Part shown: one piece after another, positions 47,837 through 49,773 of the stretch
Numbering within the stretch: position 1 is the stretch's first letter
How the letters are laid out: each line of letters starts with the position of its first letter
Assembly: GCA_964592135.1 (NCBI GenBank)
Contig: CAZQEV010000001.1
Coordinates: 1 to 49,773, forward strand
Source of the DNA: an uncultured Syntrophomonadaceae bacterium
GTDB taxonomy: Bacteria > Bacillota > Dethiobacteria > DTU022
Length of the DNA stretch: 49,773 nt
Direction of reading: 5' to 3'
The notes under the pieces: generated by a model
What the model was told of the DNA's origin: nothing
Seen by the model: the letters and a program-made list of their open reading frames with translations, nothing else
Databases searched by the model: none
Translations under genes and position numbers: made by a program

Positions 47837-48580
47837 TCACCTCTCCTCCCGGGACAGCACGGCAATCTCACCGGGCCGGTAGTAAGCGCTCATCTCCTGC
47901 TCCAAGAACGACCAGGTGGCGGCGGCGTTCGTCCGCCAGTTTGTGGGACAAGTTGAGAGTGCCTCGATAAAAGAGAAATGCCCGGCAATCTGCCTTTCCA
48001 GCCCTCGCTTGAGCTCGTTTTTCAGGCGGAGCACCTGAGCCACCGTCCCCCGGGCCAGGTAGGCCTCGGGATGAGCCACCGCAGCCAGGGTCTCCGGTCC
48101 TTTGAAGGGCCGGCCCGTTTCTATTTCCTCGCGCCCGAAAGGCGTTGTCTCCGTTTTCTGCCCCGGCAGGGTGGTAGGGGCCATCTGCCCCCCTGTCATG
48201 GCATAAACAGTATTGTTTACCAGGACAGCGGTGATAGGGTCGTCGCGCAGCGCCGTGCTGATCAGATGCTGCAGACCGATGGCATAGCCGCCCCCGTCGC
48301 CCATGTAGGCGACGGCAATTAATTTGGGGCTGGCCCTTTTAAGTCCCACCATTACAGGGATGGTGCGCCCGTGATGCGTCTGCATGCAGGGAAAGGTAAA
48401 GAAATCCCAGGCCAGAAGAGAACAGCCGATGTCGCAGGCAAAAATAACCCTGTCTCCAAGACGTAGTTCATCAACGGCCAGCCCCAGGGCTTTTAAAACC
48501 AGGCCGTGACCGCAGCCGGGGCAAAAGCGGTGCGGCTTACTGTCGCGATTCCAGCAGAGCGGCATGGAAAGTTCACTCAT
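47837..48580 (-). CDS. 2-oxoacid:ferredoxin oxidoreductase beta subunit (TPP-binding)
   Basis: FCPGCGHG and the TPP motif GDGG...N are present (YMGDGGGYAIGLQHL...VLVNNTVYAMTGGQ). Confidence 0.85.
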   Translation of the reverse strand: MSELSMPLCWNRDSKPHRFCPGCGHGLVLKALGLAVDELRLGDRVIFACDIGCSLLAWDFFTFPCMQTHHGRTIPVMVGLKRASPKLIAVAYMGDGGGYAIGLQHLISTALRDDPITAVLVNNTVYAMTGGQMAPTTLPGQKTETTPFGREEIETGRPFKGPETLAAVAHPEAYLARGTVAQVLRLKNELKRGLERQIAGHFSFIEALSTCPTNWRTNAAATWSFLEQEMSAYYRPGEIAVLSREER

Positions 48581-49656
48581 TTCAGCACCGCCTCCCTGAT
48601 CTCCTCCGCGGTGATCCCCACCCCGGGGCGGTAATAACCGCTGAAATCGGACAAACCCTGACTACCTGCTGCAAGTCGGACCTGATTTCCGAGCTGCCCC
48701 TCTGCTGATTCGACCACAAGCACAGACCCGCCGCTCATCCGCAGCGCCTCCCGGAAAGCCGCTTCAGGAAAAGGGCGCAGTGTAATGGGGCGGAAAAAGT
48801 TAATATTCTTGCCGGCGCGGCGCAGCTCCTGAACCGCCTGGCGGGCCGCCCGCCCCACAATGCCGTGCGCAACGATAAGCAGCTCACCGCAGGCCCCCCC
48901 CATATATTCATGTTCTACCAGTTCCGGCGCTGCCCGCGCATAGTCCTCCAGATGCCTGCCCAGCACCTCGCTCAGTTCCTCCTCCACGCTGAAAGAGTTG
49001 CGCAGGTGCAGCAGCGGGCCCTCTCCGCCCGCCCGCACAGAGCCGAAGATCGGTTCCTTGGGGATGGGGCCGAAACCCAGTTCCGCGGGGTCATAAAGCT
49101 GCAGCGGCTCCCTCATCTTCGCCTGGTAGCCGTCGCCCAGAATAAAGGTGGGAAAACGATAACGCCAGGCCCTGTGAAAAGCCTTGATCGTATAATCGTA
49201 GAGCTCCTGGTGGCTGCAGGTCGAGTAGACCAGGCGCAGTCCCTCCCCGTTACCGCCAAAGCAGGTCAAGTTGAGCTCCTGCTGTGAATAGATCACCGTG
49301 GCCGTGGAGGGGCCGCCGCGCTGCTGTACAATCACCACTATGGGCAGTCGCATCATCTCGGCCATGGAAAGAGGCTCCTGGAAAAGCACCGTACCCGGAC
49401 CGGCGGTGGCAGAAAAAGCCGCCTTCCCGCTGATGATCGCCCCGATGGCGGCAAAGCCTGCAGAGAGCTCATCCTCGGTCTGCAGGAAGCCCCGCCCCTG
49501 CTGCGGCGCCAGGCGGCGCCAGTGGTGCATGATCTCGTTTTGCGGCGTGATGGGATAGCCGAACATGTAGTCCGCCCCGGCGGCCAGCGCCGCCCGGGCA
49601 ATGACCTCATTCCCGGTCATAAAAGCACTGCGCTCCTCGACGGCTGCTTTCTTCAT
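48577..49656 (-). CDS. 2-oxoacid:ferredoxin oxidoreductase alpha subunit
   Basis: MTGNEVIARAALAAGADYMFGYPITPQNEI...TEDELSA is present. It has a 4-nt overlap with the beta-subunit gene. Substrate (2-oxoglutarate, pyruvate or branched-chain) cannot be told from the sequence by eye. Confidence 0.85.
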   Translation of the reverse strand: MKKAAVEERSAFMTGNEVIARAALAAGADYMFGYPITPQNEIMHHWRRLAPQQGRGFLQTEDELSAGFAAIGAIISGKAAFSATAGPGTVLFQEPLSMAEMMRLPIVVIVQQRGGPSTATVIYSQQELNLTCFGGNGEGLRLVYSTCSHQELYDYTIKAFHRAWRYRFPTFILGDGYQAKMREPLQLYDPAELGFGPIPKEPIFGSVRAGGEGPLLHLRNSFSVEEELSEVLGRHLEDYARAAPELVEHEYMGGACGELLIVAHGIVGRAARQAVQELRRAGKNINFFRPITLRPFPEAAFREALRMSGGSVLVVESAEGQLGNQVRLAAGSQGLSDFSGYYRPGVGITAEEIREAVLK

Positions 49657-49726
49657 GGAATCGGCTCACCCCTGACACAAAGATGCTGCTTTTTTGATTT
49701 TTTCCTGATCGGTAGATAAAATACAT

Positions 49727-49751
49727 AAAAAAAGTCAGGGACTTCCCTGAC
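49727..49751 (-). terminator. rho-independent terminator of an upstream minus-strand gene outside the window
   Basis: On the minus strand, gtcaggg-aagt-ccctgac is followed by ttttttt. Confidence 0.55.
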
Positions 49752-49773
49752 CAGGGTAATAACAGGTAAAAAC

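Overview
This window reads as a moderately GC-rich (by eye), origin-proximal housekeeping and sporulation block from an endospore-forming Firmicute, probably class Clostridia. About 45 of roughly 51 genes lie on the minus strand. From memory, the gene order is almost collinear with the Bacillus subtilis ftsH...tmk region. The order here is ftsH-hpt-tilS-spoIIE-yabR-divIC-yabQ-yabP-mazG/yabN-spoVB/yabM-spoVT-mfd-fin-pth-ctc-prs-glmU-spoVG-ispE-sspF-veg-ksgA-yabE-tatD-metG-abrB-yaaT-holB-tmk. It is flanked by fhs and an S58 peptidase at one end, and by guaB, three small accessory genes and a four-subunit 2-oxoacid:ferredoxin oxidoreductase at the other.

Lineage-specific genes sit in a few replacement slots: feoB-feoA, purC/spoIID/hup, a PrsA-like lipoprotein, an NTP-transferase coupled to ispE, pncA/pncB, a YkuK-like protein, and SCP2 with rlpA-like. 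I see no rRNA, tRNA, CRISPR array, transposase, integrase, prophage or recognisable defence or toxin system. I do not find a convincing novel multi-gene system.

The points most worth a second look are local oddities:
- ctc (L25) and pth share one reading frame across a single TAA. The conserved catalytic N-terminus of Pth has no ATG/GTG/TTG upstream of it.
- A structured spacer of about 245 nt lies between the pth terminator and fin.
- A 55-codon ORF preceded by a Shine-Dalgarno (SD) site overlaps the tilS start.
- The spoIIE promoter has the 21-nt spacer and a Spo0A-box-like element, and it abuts an inserted feoB-feoA unit.
- An MobA/IspD-fold nucleotidyltransferase is translationally coupled to ispE.
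- Several untranslated spacers remain unexplained.

Several longest-ORF starts in the track are revised, because intrinsic terminators or SD sites fall inside them (feoB, S58 peptidase, ftsH, veg, sspF, abrB, mazG, guaB, SCP2, DUF3786, OFOR gamma). All product calls come from motif and family recognition by eye. No database search was run.
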